Shown here: piece by piece, positions 61,159 through 64,000 of the stretch | How positions within the stretch are numbered: the stretch's first letter is position 1 | Layout of the letters: every line of letters starts with the position of its first letter | Notes under the pieces: model-generated | What the model was told of the DNA's origin: nothing | The model's input: only the letters and a program-made list of their open reading frames with translations | Database searches by the model: none | Assembly (NCBI GenBank): GCA_965113315.1 | Contig: OZ220372.1 | Length of the DNA: 64,000 bases | Reading direction: 5' to 3' (one strand) | DNA from: Podarcis vaucheri | Lineage: Eukaryota | Translations under genes and position numbers: made by a program

Positions 61159-64000
61159 GGACTACAACTCCTATCATCCCTGACCACTGGCCGTACTGGC
61201 TGAGGCCATGCTGTCTTAGGGAGTTGGAATCCCACAACAGCTGGAGCGCCCCACGTTGGTTATCAGTGCTGCAGAGTAAGTCACTCTTGATTCTTCAGCT
61301 GAAATAGTCACTTAGCATCTGTGTATCGTGCTCAACGGCCAACTGAACATTGCCCTACATTTCTTGTTTTTGTTTTATTGCTGATGTTGCATAATATCCC
61401 ATGTGAGCCTCAGAGAGGAAGGCGGCACACAATGTGTCTAAAGAAGAGGAACCACCGGGAGACAGTTTCTTGGCTACGCCTTTGAGAACTCAGCCTCGCA
61501 TACTCTGTCCAAACTGAGAAGATGAACAGGAAGTGAAAGTGACCGTTAGGTCACTGTGGCCATCTGCATGGCCAAATGCATAAAATGAGATCAGTGACAC
61601 GAGACTAGTTTGCCACCACTTGGGTTGCCAAGACAGAAACCTTGCTATTTATTAGATGGTTCTTCTCTTAAGTGGCTGCGGTGGTTAGTGGATTGGATTC
61701 TGCATAGAGCTAATAGTTTCCTTGCTAGCTATTCAATATCTGGAGGGAAATTTTGTGTGGAGCCAATGGCTTCTGTATGGGTGTGCATCAAATTTGTATT
61801 AGTCTCTTACAAAAATCGAAACATGGAGTCTTTGGGAACATTAGAGATGCATATGTTTGTTGTGGCTTATACCACAATAAGCTATAATAAATCTGTTCAC
61901 CTCTAAACTACCATAAGACATGTCTATATGTGTGTTATCTGAGTCTCATGCTTTAAGGGAAAGGGGCAACTCTAGTTGGCTTGCCATGTTCAGTTCCTAC
62001 TCTCTGTGTCGAGGTGGAGCACCTCAGGCCCCAGGAGACAAATGTGGACCTCCAAGCCTCGCTAGCTATACCATGGGACTTTATACCACATTCTGTCCCT
62101 GGATGCATCTCCTTTCACCAGGACAGGACAGGCCCTTCACCCTCCTTGTGTGTTTTAGCTTGGCTGGACTATGTCACTGAACTCTGAAAATGCCTCTTGC
62201 CTTCCATTAAAGGAGGATAAAGAGGGATATGTGAGCGTGTATACATACTAGTCTACTGTACAAAGGCATGATTAGCATTAGTTGCTTTGTCCACTTTCGC
62301 CTCCCTCCCCCATCATATGACTCCTGAAAGGTTGCCCAGGAGGGACTGCAGCCCTCGGGCTGAAAAGTGTTCCCCACACCTGCCGTTTGTCATAGTGAAG
62401 GGAAGGCATTAAAATGAATGCATGTCGGTATATGTTTTTTGTCTGCAGACTGAATCCAACCAAGTAAAGCAAGGATGGAGGCAAACAAAAGGATTGTTTT
62501 GTTTAAAAAACAAACAAAAAACCAACCACTTTTAACCAGGAGAAATAGTAAAGATGGCTACAACTCAGAGCCTTTCCAAACTCTTGGAACTTTGTTTTAA
62601 ACTGCTAATTCCCTCCTCAAATGTTACTCCCAGCTAGCTCTACTCAAACCTCTGCCGTTGTTTAACATGAACACTCCCCCCCCTCAGTATTTCTCTGCCT
62701 AAGCTTTATTTAACCCTTACTTTAGTTTAAAACTATCATTTTCATCTCAATGTCCTCCATTCCTGCTTTCCTCAACCTCCTACTATTGTTTAAATTTCTC
62801 TCTACCTTCCTGCTCCCATGCCATAGTAACTGATGTTGTGCCTTCATTTTTACTTCCCTACCCAACTGTGATTTCATGCAAATCCAGAATTTGCAAAATC
62901 CAAAATCTACTACAGATCCTCCAATGAAGGCTTTGTGATGACATTCTTACATTTTTATTATATAGAGAGCAAAATGCAAGGTAGCATCCTCTTAGAAAGG
63001 AAGCATTCTATGCCAGTGAATGATCCCTTGGGTCACTAATGGATTATTCACACATCTGAGAATGATGTTAAGATGCTTCTGAAGTGCAATGTGATTCCAG
63101 TTGTAGCAATTACCTTCTGCTCATATTTCCTTTGTCAGTCTCTTGGGACTTCCACAACAGCCTATTAGCCAGCTGATGATGGAAGGACCTGTTGTAAATC
63201 AATGATAAGTTTGATGCTTCTAGGTGAGGTGGAGAAAACAGAGCTATGGGCCTCAATATTTTTTGCTGAGCAAATGCCAACGGATGAATGGTATGCAATG
63301 AATAACAGGGTGAAAGTTAGTTTTTTCTGCTTGTGAATTTCTATCTGATTTAAAAGTAGGTTTTTTCTGCTTGGCATGTAGAAACTTTTCTCTCAGGGTA
63401 AACAGGGCACACATTGAAAATCTCATCTTAACAGAAAGCTCAGCTTTTAATAAAACAGGAGGATACACAAAAAGAGTTACACACACAGACACAAACATGA
63501 TGCAATCCCCAGAAACCCTGTACCAAGAATTCAGTTTTAACATTACAAACCACTAATGTGAACTGCAAGAGTCTAAATATAAAGAAAGAGAGGAAAAGAA
63601 TCAAGCACGTGCTGGATATCCTTTGCTTTCCCTTTGATGGGTTTCCTACCGTGATTAGCAGTCTGAATGGTAAAATGTAGTTGTAAGAGCATGTGCATTT
63701 TGAATTAGAAGCTAGAGGTTTGCATTTCAGCCGGCTGAAGAAAAGGCTTTTGTTAAACAAATATTCAATGTGTTTGATGAATTGAATCTGTGCATTTTGC
63801 TTGGAACTAAGCGGCATTGTGTGAAGTGGAGATTATTTTCCAAGTAGGGATGGAGAAGGAATTCACTTCAGTCTGCATTAAGACCAAATCTATCAAATCC
63901 ACACTTTCCAAAACAATATGCAAACAGAAACACAGCTATTCTTTAAAATTCACACGTATCTGAACTTTGCAATGTAGTTCTCCAGCCAACCAGTGTTTAA

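Overview
Vertebrate genomic DNA, almost certainly from a squamate and probably a lacertid lizard (Sauria SINEs, squamate CR1/L2 tails, lizard MITEs). The + strand carries the last 17 coding exons (1791-37765, 481 codons plus stop, all splice phases compatible) of a voltage-gated Ca2+ channel alpha2/delta subunit gene. It is closest to CACNA2D1 but looks too divergent to be the orthologue, so it is probably a separate paralogue. Features of note: a U12-type minor intron (23387-25135); a candidate alternative exon (26646-26734, or to 26819) that would replace the C-terminal membrane anchor while keeping a Cys at almost the same offset; an antisense triplicated block in the first intron shown, with decayed C2H2 zinc-finger-like sequence and a 280-bp identical tract; a sense solo LTR with intact promoter motifs; and a probable ~8-kb 3' UTR with a GC-rich inverted-repeat element. 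From ~46 kb to the end the window is intergenic and repeat-rich, with no recognisable coding exons. Most ORFs in the supplied track are spurious. Human protein segments quoted for comparison and repeat family names are from recall, not database searches.
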